This document shows positions 37,394 to 47,908 of a DNA stretch of 64,000 bases, one piece after another. Made by a program: the position numbers and the translations under genes. Below the pieces are notes generated by a model. It was not told the DNA's origin and did not search any database. It was given only the letters and a program-made list of their open reading frames with translations. This DNA comes from an uncultured Bacillales bacterium (lineage in GTDB: Bacteria > Bacillota_I > Bacilli_A > RFN20 > CAG-826): NCBI GenBank assembly GCA_905197045.1, contig CAJJXG010000003.1, positions 30,146 through 94,145 of the forward strand, given 5' to 3'. The first letter of the stretch is position 1; every line of letters begins with the position of its first letter.

Positions 37394-37540
37394 ATAAAAA
37401 ATCACGATTTCTAAAATAAATATCACTAATTTTGATACTATTCTCTGTATCAAAATGTTAGTTAAAAGATGTCTTTTTTTCATCGCTTTAATACAAAATG
37501 ACACCCCTACTAGATAAACGAAACCCCTTAATAAATGCCA
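37394..37540 (+). repeat. Island-associated repeat, copy A (full unit: hairpin-containing left part plus right part)
   Basis: The left part ataaaaaatcacgatttct..attttgatac-tattctct-gtatcaaaatgttagt matches copies at 41900 and 51391. The right part atcgctttaatacaaaatgacacccctacta matches 46896. Confidence 0.8.
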
Positions 37541-37692
37541 AATGCCACTTCTTTGTCTATATTTGAAGTTGTTTAATTATCGAGTATAAATCCATTTAAT
37601 AATGTCAGGAGTTTATATAGCTTGTCCAATTATCTAAAAAAGTCATCCAGCTAAAAAAACCAGGTGACTATTTTCTTATTATTAATTACGAA

Positions 37693-39423
37693 TTATATAT
37701 TAAAATTTGCTGATTCTTTTTGCAAACTTACCATTTTTGTAAATTGACCATTTTTCTTGATTAATTCTTGTGGATTACCTTCTTCTGCAACTTTTCCTTC
37801 ATTCAAAACAATTACTTTATCAGCATTTTCAATAGTCCTCATCCTATGAGCAATAACAATAACAGTTTTACCTTTTGTAGCATTAGAGATAGCTTCTTGA
37901 ACTATCGTCTCATTTTCAGCATCTAATGATGCAGTTGCTTCATCAAGTAACACTATAGGAGCATCTTTTAATAAAGCTCTAGCTATACTGATTCTTTGTC
38001 TTTCTCCGCCGCTTAATTCAGCACCATTTTCTCCTATATATGTGTTATAACCATCAGGTAGTTTAGATACAAATTCATCACAATTTGCTTTTTTAGCTGC
38101 TTCGATAACTTCCTCATTTGTCGCATCTTTTTTACCAATACGGATATTTTCCATTATTGTATTGTTAAACAAATTCACATCTTGGAAGACTATAGAATAG
38201 TTTTTTAAAAGACATTCTGGATCAATATTTTTAATTACTTCTCCTCCAAGTTTAATAGTTCCATCATCAACATCCCAAAATCTAGAACAAAGTTTTGATA
38301 TAGTTGATTTCCCGCATCCACTTGGACCAACAAGCGCAGTTACTTCACCTTGTTTAGCAGTAAAGGAAACACCATTAATTACACTTTCATCCTTGTCATA
38401 TCCAAATTTCACATCTTCGAAAGTAATATCATAATTGTTAGGCTTAAAATCATCTTTGCCAGTTTGAATTGGGCAATTATAAAATTCATTCATTCTTTCT
38501 ATATTCAAAAAAGTAGAGTTTATTGCCGCTAAATTTTGAAGTGCTATTGCCATAGGTTCATAAAATCTAGAAACGAGGAGTAAGAACATAAAGAAAATCA
38601 TCATATCAAGCGAACCGTCAATAAGAAGAATTGAACATACTAAAGCTGTTGTAGCAATGCCAAATTTCAGAATCATCTGAGCAGTTACCACGAATAAAGC
38701 TACGCCTAATTCTGACTGAATATGAAATTTCTCCACTAATCTAACATTTGTTTTAATTTTTTTCATATATTCTTTTTCTGAATTAGTAGCTTTTAAATCT
38801 TTTATAGTCTCAATGCACTCTTGAACATTATTTTGAAGCTCTAAATCAGCTTTGTCTTTCTTCCTATTAAAATAGTTTTGTGCTTTTCTAGAAGCAAACA
38901 CAATGAGTATAGATACCGGAACTACCCATAAAGAGGCAAGACCCATCCTCCAATCAGTAATAAATATAGGAATCATTACTATAATCGTCGAAAGCATTGA
39001 ACCATAAAAATTTGGCATAAAATGCGAAAAACTTTGCTCAATTGCAGTCGCATCATTCATAATAACGTGAGTCATATCAGTCAAATCTTTATGTGAAAAG
39101 AACGATAAAGGTAATTTTCTTAATCTTTCGGCTAAAGCTATTCTTCTTTTACCACTTTCCTTATAAGTAAGGAAATAAGAACAGTGATATTGAATATAGT
39201 AAATTAATCCTAACGCAACGATTATTCCTAAAGATCCAAAAATAAACAAATAATAATGATTAGCCGGAATTCCTTCCCCTAGAAGATCGTCTACTAAAAT
39301 GTATAAAAGCCATACTGGTATCATCAAAGCAATATTGCTTAATACGTTCATTAATAGAGTTTTTATAAAATCTTTTGCACCCTGTTCGGTCAAAGCAAAT
39401 TTATGCATGAGATATTTAAGCAT
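37693..39423 (-). CDS. ABC exporter, fused TMD-NBD (half of a heterodimer)
   Basis: 6 TM helices, Walker A GPSGCGKST, signature LSGGERQR, Walker B VLLDEATASLD. Start set at MLKYLMHKF (39423), preceded by GGAGGG; the track ORF extends to 39483. Confidence 0.85.
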   Translation of the reverse strand: MLKYLMHKFALTEQGAKDFIKTLLMNVLSNIALMIPVWLLYILVDDLLGEGIPANHYYLFIFGSLGIIVALGLIYYIQYHCSYFLTYKESGKRRIALAERLRKLPLSFFSHKDLTDMTHVIMNDATAIEQSFSHFMPNFYGSMLSTIIVMIPIFITDWRMGLASLWVVPVSILIVFASRKAQNYFNRKKDKADLELQNNVQECIETIKDLKATNSEKEYMKKIKTNVRLVEKFHIQSELGVALFVVTAQMILKFGIATTALVCSILLIDGSLDMMIFFMFLLLVSRFYEPMAIALQNLAAINSTFLNIERMNEFYNCPIQTGKDDFKPNNYDITFEDVKFGYDKDESVINGVSFTAKQGEVTALVGPSGCGKSTISKLCSRFWDVDDGTIKLGGEVIKNIDPECLLKNYSIVFQDVNLFNNTIMENIRIGKKDATNEEVIEAAKKANCDEFVSKLPDGYNTYIGENGAELSGGERQRISIARALLKDAPIVLLDEATASLDAENETIVQEAISNATKGKTVIVIAHRMRTIENADKVIVLNEGKVAEEGNPQELIKKNGQFTKMVSLQKESANFNI

Positions 39424-41188
39424 TTTTAACCCTCCATTTGATTGATTTTTGATAATCGTTCCACATTTTTGTATAAATTCCATCTTCTTTTAACAATGAA
39501 TCATGAGTTCCTTCTTCAACAATTTTTCCATCGTTAACAACAAGGATTTTGTCAGCATTTTTTATTGTTGATAACCTGTGGGCAATCATAATGACTGTTT
39601 TATTTTTGCTTAGATTTTGAAATGCTTTTTGAATTAAATACTCATTTTCAGGATCAGAAAAAGCTGTAGCTTCATCTAAAATAATAATTTTAGAATTTTT
39701 TAAAATTGCTCGCGCAAGAGATATTCTTTGCATTTCTCCGCCCGATAAATATGTTCCTTTAGCGCCAATAATAGTATTTAACCCATCAGGAAGTTTAGCA
39801 ATTATGTCATTGCATTGAGCGAGTTTTAAAGCTTCATTAACCTCTTCTAAAGTCGCATCTTTTTTACCCATTCTTACGTTTTCAAGAATAGTATTTTTTA
39901 AAAGTTTTGAATCCTGAAAAACATAACTAATTTCATTCATCAAATCTTCTTTTTTTATGTTTCTTATATCAACTCCACCGATAGAAATAGAGCCTTTTTC
40001 CACATCATAAAATCTATTAAGAAGACTAGCTATAGTACTTTTGCCTCCGCCACTAGGACCTACTAGAGCGGTAATCGAATTTTCTTTTGCAATAAAACTA
40101 ATATCATTTAATGCGTATTTTTCTTTATTTTTATATTTGAAAAAGACACTATCAAACTTCACTTCATCTCCATTTGGCTTTAAAGGATTAGAGGTTTCCT
40201 TTAATGGTTCAATAGATAGAACTGAATCTACTCTATTTAATGCATCTTCTACAATCATTGTATTTTCAGACATATACATAACTCTTAAAAGGGTTGTTGA
40301 TATAATCGGAGTAAAAACTATGTAGAAAATTAAATTTAAAATAAACGTTTGGTCGGTCGCCTTAACGCCAGACACAATAAGAGCCATTGCTATAAGAAAG
40401 GCAAAAACGGAATTCACGCATATTTCAAAAGCAATCATCGGACCTCTGCATCTCTTTGTATATGAAATGCAAAAGTTAGAGTAATTATCAATCGCCCCTT
40501 TAAATCTTTTAAAAGTATAAATTGATTGATTAAAAGTCTTAACAATAGGAATTCCTCTAACATACTCAACACCTTCATTGTTCATACTTTCCATAGCATT
40601 TTGATATTGAGCCATGTCATTTTTCATTTTTGGACCAACCATTTTAAACATGCATAAGAATCCAAGGATAATTGGAATTAAAGAAACAAGACCAAGCCTA
40701 TAATCAAATATAAATAATATAACTATAATAGCTAAAGGCATAAGAATGGCTTGAGCCATATCAGGAAGTTGATGGGCTAAATAAGTCTCAGTCGCACTAC
40801 TAGAATCTAAAATAATCTTTCTTAGCTTACCACTACCTTCCTCTTCTATTTCACCAACTGGTATCTTTGTAAGATGTTCTATTGCTTCTATTCTCATATT
40901 TCCAGCAATTCTAAAAGCTGCAATATGTGAACACATCAAAGCCCCAATATAAATAAGGATAGCAAGAATAGCAAATACGACAGCCATCCATCCATAAAAC
41001 ACCAAGTTAGTAGCTTTTGAAAAATCTGGTGCAACTTGCACTACATCACGAATAATAAAGTAAATATAAACAAATGGCATTATGGCAAAAACTCCACTAA
41101 TTGCCGATAAAATGAGCGATAAATATGTAAGGACTTTATGCTTGCCAGCATAATGCATTAAGCGTGGAAATGCTTTTTCTTTTTTCAT
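39416..41188 (-). CDS. ABC exporter, fused TMD-NBD (second half of the heterodimer)
   Basis: 6 TM helices, Walker A GPSGGGKST, signature LSGGEMQR, Walker B IILDEATAFSD. Confidence 0.85.
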   Translation of the reverse strand: MKKEKAFPRLMHYAGKHKVLTYLSLILSAISGVFAIMPFVYIYFIIRDVVQVAPDFSKATNLVFYGWMAVVFAILAILIYIGALMCSHIAAFRIAGNMRIEAIEHLTKIPVGEIEEEGSGKLRKIILDSSSATETYLAHQLPDMAQAILMPLAIIVILFIFDYRLGLVSLIPIILGFLCMFKMVGPKMKNDMAQYQNAMESMNNEGVEYVRGIPIVKTFNQSIYTFKRFKGAIDNYSNFCISYTKRCRGPMIAFEICVNSVFAFLIAMALIVSGVKATDQTFILNLIFYIVFTPIISTTLLRVMYMSENTMIVEDALNRVDSVLSIEPLKETSNPLKPNGDEVKFDSVFFKYKNKEKYALNDISFIAKENSITALVGPSGGGKSTIASLLNRFYDVEKGSISIGGVDIRNIKKEDLMNEISYVFQDSKLLKNTILENVRMGKKDATLEEVNEALKLAQCNDIIAKLPDGLNTIIGAKGTYLSGGEMQRISLARAILKNSKIIILDEATAFSDPENEYLIQKAFQNLSKNKTVIMIAHRLSTIKNADKILVVNDGKIVEEGTHDSLLKEDGIYTKMWNDYQKSIKWRVKNA

Positions 41189-41811
41189 AAGTTCTCCTTA
41201 AAATTTAAACCTAATAAAACAGACCATCCAGCTTGGTTAAAAGCATAAATTTCATCAGCGTATTTTAATGCTTCTTCCTTTTTCATATCATGGTGAACTA
41301 CTTCAAAAATACTTGCAAAAAATGACGTGCACAAAATATGTATCAAATCCTCACTTGGTTCTTTAACTTTTATATTTTTAGCTTTTAATTCATTAATGAA
41401 ACGATAAGTGTTTTCTACCTCTACATCTACTAAGCTATCAAGATAAAATTCGTATTTAGAGCCTCTACTTTTACAAATAATAATCTTAAATGCATCGTAA
41501 TGATCATAGATATAGTTTAAAAGAATATGTAACCCATTTTCTGTATAAGTTGTCATTTCATTCATTTGATTCTTTATTTCTTTTTTTGCAAAATCATTTT
41601 GAATTTGTTTAAAAGTTGCTAAAAGTTCTTCTGCTTCATTTCCAACGACTGCATCTAACATTTCAGCTTTATCTAAAAAACGATAATATAAAGATCCTGT
41701 TGTTAGCTTCGCTTTCTTAGCAATATTTCTCATTGAAGCATCAATGTATCCAAGAGATAAAAATTCTTCCTTAGCTGCTTTAAGAATCTCTTCCATTATT
41801 TCTTCATTCAT
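41185..41811 (-). CDS. TetR/AcrR family transcriptional regulator
   Basis: N-terminal HTH SMRNIAKKAKLTTGSLYYRF. The stop overlaps the ABC gene start (ATGA). Confidence 0.85.
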   Translation of the reverse strand: MNEEIMEEILKAAKEEFLSLGYIDASMRNIAKKAKLTTGSLYYRFLDKAEMLDAVVGNEAEELLATFKQIQNDFAKKEIKNQMNEMTTYTENGLHILLNYIYDHYDAFKIIICKSRGSKYEFYLDSLVDVEVENTYRFINELKAKNIKVKEPSEDLIHILCTSFFASIFEVVHHDMKKEEALKYADEIYAFNQAGWSVLLGLNFKENL

Positions 41812-41822
41812 TTAAATTCCTC

Positions 41823-41851
41823 CTATAACGGTGTTATTATAACACTGTTAT
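41823..41851. promoter_or_regulatory. 29-bp near-perfect palindrome, candidate TetR operator
   Basis: tataacggtgttat-t-ataacactgttata has 13 of 14 arm positions complementary, centred at 41837, starting 12 nt upstream of the tetR ATG. Confidence 0.5.
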
Positions 41852-41899
41852 AGATACGCAACAACAATTATGTTAGTTTTCGCTAACTAAAATGTTTTC

Positions 41900-41979
41900 A
41901 TAAAAAATGCCCGATTTCTCGAGCAAATATCGTTAATTTTGAAACATTTACTTTGTATCAAAATGTTAGTCATAAGATG
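41900..41979 (+). repeat. Island-associated repeat, copy B (left part only)
   Basis: ataaaaaatgcccgatttctcgagcaaatatcgttaattttgaaacatttactttgtatcaaaatgttagtcataagatg aligns with copies A and C. Confidence 0.8.
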
Positions 41980-42575
41980 AGTTCTTTAATGAAGTAGCAA
42001 GTTTTGATTTAAAACTTGCTACTTCAAAATATAACGATACTTCTAGTGATGGTTATCTTATTTCTTCATTTAATAAAGTTAATGGTGAATATGCTTTCCT
42101 ATACGAAACAAGATTTGATGATTCACCTGAAGTTTCAATGAAAGAAAACCCTCTTGAATATAAAATCGATATTAGGCTTGATGAAGAAACAAGTAAATAT
42201 ATATTAAATAACTATGAAGATGGGGTGCTTATTAATACTTCTTCTTTAGAAGAAAATGAAGCAATTAGTTATATAAAAGAATACGTTAACTCTTTTTATG
42301 ATAGTTACTTAATATATGATTCTTTATATCTAAAAGGAATCATTGATGAAGGAAAAGAAAATAACTTCCTTCCTAAATATTTCATAAATGAAGAAACTCA
42401 TGAAATTAAAGTAAGTTCTTCTCCTAGTGCTACTTATGAATTTAACTACGATCAGAATGGAGTTATCAAAAACGCTATATACGCTTCTTCAATAAAAGAA
42501 AGTAAAGAAAATCCAGATTCTCAAACAAGCAAAATATATAGTGAGTTAGAGTTTAAATATACATTAAATAGTTGA
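41976..42575 (+). pseudogene. 5'-truncated gene (C-terminal part of a secreted or lipoprotein-like protein)
   Basis: The frame of ORF 42138..42575 stays open upstream to 41976 (DEFFNEVASFDLKLATSKYNDTSSDGYLISSFNKVNGEYAFLYETRFDDSPEVS-MKENP...). It has no start codon, RBS or signal peptide, and it begins at the repeat boundary. Confidence 0.5.
41990..42026. other. Perfect 16-bp inverted repeat with a 5-nt loop
   Basis: tgaagtagcaagtttt-gattt-aaaacttgctacttca. It lies immediately right of repeat copy B and inside the truncated reading frame. Confidence 0.9.
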
Positions 42576-42732
42576 GATTTGCGGGGAAAACGGATAAAAA
42601 TGATAAATAATATAAAAATTGTTTATCTAAGAATAATAAAATAACTTTATAGAACAGAAAATATTTTCTTCAAGAAAAATATAAATCATAAATAAACAAC
42701 TATTTATTTATGAAAAGATTTAAATTCAAAAA

Positions 42733-45492
42733 TTAAGATATAAGATTCTCGTTAATGGAACTTAATCCCTTTAACTTTGGCATTTTGTAATTATACAAAT
42801 CTAAATCACTTAAATCCCGTATGTCTTCATCAAAAGAAAGAACATTCTTGAAAAAATCATATGAGTCAAGATTTTCTGGTAAAAGGTTATTTATGGTTTC
42901 AACAGAAACATTATTAACATAAATTTCCCCATTGAAATATACTTCACTTGGTTTATATTTATCTGCTTCTGAATATTCGCCAATCAATACAGTTTCACTA
43001 TATTTGCCATTTGTTCTCATGTCATACCTAACATTAACTAAGCAATTTTCAACTATTAAATTGTCCTCTGTAATATTATCGTCATTTAATGTTGTTATGC
43101 CAGCGACCGAAGAATTTCCTGATATTCTTGTAACGTTAACATACGAATTTTTAATTTGTCCAGATCTTGTTAAACTGCCGATAAAACCTGAAGCATTCCC
43201 TGTTGTTTCATCAATGTATTCAATATCACAGCTAATATTACCTTCAACGTAAGAGTTTTGAATATTACAGTAGCTTGCACACCCAGCAAATCCTCCAACA
43301 TAATTACTTTTATCACTGTCAAAGTTATGAAATTCGTACCTTTTTAACTTCATTTCAACATAAGAATTAGAAAAGGATGAATCGATATTGAGATCAAAAC
43401 TATAGCCTACGAAACCACCACATTTTCCATCATCAAAAATTCTATTAGCAGAAATTGAACCTATCGAAAAACTTTTTGTAATATCAGCGAAAGGTAACCT
43501 TCCGAAAAAACCACCGGCGCATATTCCCGAATAACCCTCGTTGTTCGTAGTCTTCGAAGCATACAAATAACCTGTGAAGTTGCAAGAATTAATTCTTGAG
43601 TGCTCACAATCGCCCGCGAAGCCACCGATATAATTCGAACCAAAACATGGTTCAATTTCTACCCAAATATTGGCGTTTGAAGAACATTTATTTAATTCAT
43701 TATAAATTGAATTATCAGTATAGCCGCCATAAAATGTTCCATAGCTTAATGCTTCTTCGTAGCCGCTATACATATCAAAAATTTCACCATTAACATTTAA
43801 ATTGAAACTACCGCTAGTTGATAAAGAATTAAATTGAGTACTAGCAACTCCTCCGAAAATTCCTCCTAAATAGCTCCAAAAAGCAAAAGAATCTTCTTCA
43901 GGCGATAAATTTTCACCAAAAGATACATCAATAGTACAATCAGTTAAGTTGATATTATTAAAAGTCCCAGTTGCATGTCCAGCTAATCCGCCAATAAGAA
44001 TTGATGAAAATTGTATACTTGAAAAATTATCAGGTTGATCAAAAACGAAATTATCGTAACTAGCATCAATAGTTATATTCTTTAGATTAAAATTTTCGAC
44101 ATACAAATTGTCTCCTGCAATACAAGAAAAAAGACCGACCGAAATATTATTAGTTTCACTAATATTTATATTTGATAAGGTATGTCCGTTACCAAATAAT
44201 CTGCCTGTAAAAGGATCATCTAAACTTCCGATTGGATTAATATCATATCCTGAAAAATCTAAATCTGAAGTAATTACATAATTTCCATCTAAATTTGACG
44301 CGATATTTAAAAATTCATCAGGAGTATTAATTGCTTTTCCTACTACTGGATAAAGATTTACATCACGTAAATCAATGTCCCATGGTTTTAGCATATTTCC
44401 TTCGGCATCAGTTAAGATATTTCCTTTATACGCCCATCCATAAAATAACTCACCATCAGGCAAAGTACTAGGAATCTCGAATTTCGTTTGGTCGCCCAAG
44501 CGTAATTTAATACTATCTAAACTGTCTAATTCTCCATCATTCATCCGTTCTTCTAAATAGAAATGTACATTGCTTTCAGCTTCAACCCATTTTCCTGTGA
44601 GTACAACGTCATCAATGCTATAGTACCAAGTCGAAGAAGTAGGTATTAAATCGTCATTTAAATACCACGCAACCTCTTTGCCATCTTTTCTTATATAAGG
44701 AAGTTCATAAGACCAACCATAATTAATAACTACAGGATCAAATTCTCCTATTTCAGGAAAATCAAAATTAACAGTGATTTTTTCTTTTGCCCATACAGCT
44801 TTTACCACAATATCCTCATAGTATTCCCAAGAAGTTGAACCATAAATTTCAACATCTCCGTAAAACCAGCCAACAAATACATAGCCTTCTCTAGTTGGAG
44901 TAGGGAGATCGCCTATACTTGCATAATGATGGACTTCTTTACTTTCGACATCGCAAGTTCCACCATTTGGATCAAAATAAATGATATTAACCATTTTTAG
45001 CCATTTTGCGGTAAGCGTCATATCTTGTTTTACTACATTGTCAAAGTTCCATTTTTCTTCGTTAAAATACCAGCCTTCTATATCGTAATCATCTTTATAA
45101 ACTGAAGGTACGCTAACTCTTTCTCCAAAAGGAACATAGTTATAAAAAGACGTATTTTCATCCAATGTATCAAAATAAACAGAATAAGCAAACTTCTCCC
45201 GTTTTGGAATTAAAATTGTATCTTTTTCAAGCAGCGCTGTATCATCAACAGTTTCCCCAGTTTCTTTGTCAATCCAATATTTAACTTTGTCTGTTCCGTT
45301 TTCAGGGTAATCCAAAAAGGCACTCTCTCCCATCATTATTTCAAAAGAATAATCATAACTATCAATACCAGTTTCGTAAGTTATTGTAATAAAACCATCT
45401 TCATTTGATTGGCTTCCTCCGCACGACACAATAAAGGAACTCAACAATAAACCAAATGATGTAATAAATAAAAATTTCCTCATATATTTCAC
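42733..45492 (-). CDS. Large surface lipoprotein with Listeria-Bacteroides (Flg_new) repeats and a GLUG-motif repeat region
   Basis: Lipobox LLSSFIVSCGG. Repeats of the type Y-x-[VI]-x-GW[YF] (DIEGWYFNEEKW, GYVFVGWFYGD, LFYGWAYKG). C-terminal repeated GG[FL][AV]G units (GGLAGH, GGFAGD, GGFVGY, GGFAGC). Confidence 0.7.
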   Translation of the reverse strand: MKYMRKFLFITSFGLLLSSFIVSCGGSQSNEDGFITITYETGIDSYDYSFEIMMGESAFLDYPENGTDKVKYWIDKETGETVDDTALLEKDTILIPKREKFAYSVYFDTLDENTSFYNYVPFGERVSVPSVYKDDYDIEGWYFNEEKWNFDNVVKQDMTLTAKWLKMVNIIYFDPNGGTCDVESKEVHHYASIGDLPTPTREGYVFVGWFYGDVEIYGSTSWEYYEDIVVKAVWAKEKITVNFDFPEIGEFDPVVINYGWSYELPYIRKDGKEVAWYLNDDLIPTSSTWYYSIDDVVLTGKWVEAESNVHFYLEERMNDGELDSLDSIKLRLGDQTKFEIPSTLPDGELFYGWAYKGNILTDAEGNMLKPWDIDLRDVNLYPVVGKAINTPDEFLNIASNLDGNYVITSDLDFSGYDINPIGSLDDPFTGRLFGNGHTLSNINISETNNISVGLFSCIAGDNLYVENFNLKNITIDASYDNFVFDQPDNFSSIQFSSILIGGLAGHATGTFNNINLTDCTIDVSFGENLSPEEDSFAFWSYLGGIFGGVASTQFNSLSTSGSFNLNVNGEIFDMYSGYEEALSYGTFYGGYTDNSIYNELNKCSSNANIWVEIEPCFGSNYIGGFAGDCEHSRINSCNFTGYLYASKTTNNEGYSGICAGGFFGRLPFADITKSFSIGSISANRIFDDGKCGGFVGYSFDLNIDSSFSNSYVEMKLKRYEFHNFDSDKSNYVGGFAGCASYCNIQNSYVEGNISCDIEYIDETTGNASGFIGSLTRSGQIKNSYVNVTRISGNSSVAGITTLNDDNITEDNLIVENCLVNVRYDMRTNGKYSETVLIGEYSEADKYKPSEVYFNGEIYVNNVSVETINNLLPENLDSYDFFKNVLSFDEDIRDLSDLDLYNYKMPKLKGLSSINENLIS

Positions 45493-46181
45493 CCCACAAG
45501 ATTTTACTACCCAATAATTATAATTTCAATTTTTCCTGCAAAATATTTATTAGTAAATATTGCGATATTTATCGTAATTATTGAATGGTCAGTTTAATAA
45601 TCATCTTTTATACGGTTTTCTATTATGCAAAAAACTGAATTAGTCTTATTCCATAACATTAAAAAGATTAAATTTTTGTCTTCTTCAAAAAAACATGATA
45701 TAAAAAATAAGTCTTATTAAATTCATTTAACTAAACATTTAATAATATCCGAAAGGTATATTTTATCTTGCCATTTATCTTGTCATTTCTAAGTCCACAA
45801 TCACTATAATATGACACTTTTCGATAAAAATTTTCCGAGTTATTTTATCGAGTTTTTCTTAAGTAATTACTTGATTAAATAACCACGCTGAATAAGCAGA
45901 AAGTTCAAAATTCTTTCAATAAAAATCTTTTAAATCTAGAATTTATTCAGATTTACTTATTATGAAATGTGTTGTCTGTTATGCAATTTATTTCGCAATT
46001 ATAGTTGCAATAATAAATACATTATTTTAATTATTCAAAATCTTAACAAAGAAATTTATCTCGAAATTTACTTAAAAAGAGAAAAAAATCATTAAAACGC
46101 ATTTTATTCGAAGGATTAAATATTCCGCTGTTATATTTGTCTTAAAATTATGATACTATTTTTACAGCAAAGGAGAAAATT

Positions 46182-46442
46182 ATGCCAAATATTAGACCTA
46201 TTTCAGATTTAAGAAACTATACTGATGTCTTAAAAGATATCTCAGTTGGCGAACCCGTTTTTTTAACTAAAAACGGAAGAGGACGTTATGCAATTGTAGA
46301 TATGGAAGATTACGAACAAACACAAGCTATATTAAAATTAATGAATGAACTTTCAATCGGAGAAAAATCCGGAGAAGACGAAGGATGGGTTGACTCTGAA
46401 ACTGCTGCAAAAATTCTCGGAATAAATAATGATAAAAATTAA
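46182..46442 (+). CDS. Type II antitoxin, Phd/YefM family
   Basis: N-terminus MPNIRPISDLRNYTDVLKDISVGEPVFLTKNGRGRYAIVDMEDYE. Overlaps the toxin gene by 14 nt. Confidence 0.75.
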   Translation: MPNIRPISDLRNYTDVLKDISVGEPVFLTKNGRGRYAIVDMEDYEQTQAILKLMNELSIGEKSGEDEGWVDSETAAKILGINNDKN

Positions 46443-46758
46443 CTACTCAAACAAAGCATTAAAAGATCTTAATGAAATCAAAACTTATTTAAGTTTTGAT
46501 TTACAAAACGAAATTGTTGCAATAAAAACTATTTCAAAGATTTATAAAAGAATACTTTTATTAGAAAATTTTCTAGAAATAGGTTCTCCTGTTAAATTCA
46601 ATTCGCGCTTTAAAACAAATTTTCGATATCTAATTTGTGATAAATACCTTATTTTTTATTACATAAAAAATGATAATGTTTGTGTAGTACGTGTTTTGCA
46701 CTCAAAACAAAACTATCTTCAAAAACTTTTTGATTTTGCCGATGATGAACTGAATTAA
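46429..46758 (+). CDS. Type II toxin, RelE/ParE family
   Basis: 109 aa. Pattern ...YRYLICDKYLIFYYIKNDNVCVVRVLHSKQNY is typical of ParE/RelE C-termini. Translationally coupled to the antitoxin. Confidence 0.7.
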   Translation: MIKINYSNKALKDLNEIKTYLSFDLQNEIVAIKTISKIYKRILLLENFLEIGSPVKFNSRFKTNFRYLICDKYLIFYYIKNDNVCVVRVLHSKQNYLQKLFDFADDELN

Positions 46759-46879
46759 AAAAATTAATAAGAATAATCATTCAATAAATTACATATAATC
46801 TTTTGCAGGTATAACCGAAGTAACCTTTGTCTTCCACAATAGTTAAAAATCCATAGCAACTGCTGCAGGTCCATTTTTA

Positions 46880-46972
46880 AAAACTGTCTTTGTGCTATCG
46901 CTTTAATACAAAACGATACCCCTACTAACGAAATGATACCCTTACTAGAAAAACGAGACCTTTAAAAATGCA
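46880..46972 (+). repeat. Island-associated repeat, copy D (right part only)
   Basis: aaaaactgtctttgtgctatcgctttaatacaaaacgatacccctactaacgaaatgatacccttactag aligns with 37463-37540 of copy A. Confidence 0.7.
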
Positions 46973-47032
46973 TATTTTATCGATGCTTTCGGAAAGAAAT
47001 CATCTTCAATCATTATTTCTAATTTGGTAACG

Positions 47033-47470
47033 CTAATACTTTCTTGCAGTCTCTAAATATTCTTCAACTAACATTCCAGGAATCAAAGGTTTAATTATTT
47101 CTTTGACAAGTAAATTGGATGAGACATATTTATTTCCAAGTAGATTCTTTAAATAATTCTTAAATAGATTAACAAAATCATTAATACAAGTTTCAAATTT
47201 ATCATAGCAATTTTCGCCAAACACAATTGGCGATGTATTATCAGGACATTCACACCATTTGTTATTCCATTTAGCAAACACTTGAGTATGCGTTTTATGA
47301 AAATCATTAGAAAGATATTCAAAAAATATATATTTACATTCAACATTATTTGTTTGGCACCATAAACGAATAAGCTCAGCAACATCGAAGCACCAACCGC
47401 AATTGTTCGCAACTACTTGATCAGGAGAGGAAAAAACATAGGGTTCACGGGGAAACCATCTATTTTTCAA
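47033..47470 (-). CDS. Small protein with transglutaminase-like Cys-His-Asp arrangement (tentative)
   Basis: NNCGWCFDVAELIRLW ... HKTHTQVFAKWNNKW ... CPDNT gives the order C, H, D expected for the transglutaminase-like cysteine-peptidase fold. No other evidence. Confidence 0.3.
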   Translation of the reverse strand: MKNRWFPREPYVFSSPDQVVANNCGWCFDVAELIRLWCQTNNVECKYIFFEYLSNDFHKTHTQVFAKWNNKWCECPDNTSPIVFGENCYDKFETCINDFVNLFKNYLKNLLGNKYVSSNLLVKEIIKPLIPGMLVEEYLETARKY

Positions 47471-47908
47471 AAACGTAATAATATTTTTGGATTAATCTTA
47501 ATATTTCTTAATAAATTTTAATATTTCATTGATTTTTAGTGTTTCGAATTAAAAAGATACAAAAATCAACAAACTATCTACTTATTCATTTTTATCTAAT
47601 GTTTACGTTGAAAACTACTCATCCTTAAATAGGCATTAAAAAATAATCATTTGGATAATCAAGAATATATAATCACCTTTATTCTCTATATTTAGATATC
47701 ATATTTATTGTAGTAAGTTTATTATTTTCGTAAAGTTTCGCAATAGCATCTTTAAATAAAAATAACAAAATAATCAAAATTTGCGGCTTTTTAATTATAA
47801 TTTAAGTAATTTTATGTAAAATCTTCATAAAATAAGAACGTATAAATACAAAATGATGAAATATATAGACATTAATAGAACTCAAAAATTGCACTATATA
47901 AACCCGCC

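Noticed and set aside
39424-39483. Upstream extension of ORF 37693..39483 (MEFIQKCGTIIKNQSNGGLK)
   Set aside because: It lies inside the 3' end of the preceding ABC gene. GGAGGG precedes the ATG at 39423, which gives the usual N-terminus for this exporter family.
42573-42640. TGA read as Trp (genetic code 4), which would extend ORF 42138..42575 and change gene calls
   Set aside because: All long genes, including the 966- and 919-aa ORFs, are uninterrupted under the standard code. Trp is encoded by TGG throughout (for example the conserved ATW/KWG motifs). Read-through of this TGA adds only 22 low-complexity codons.
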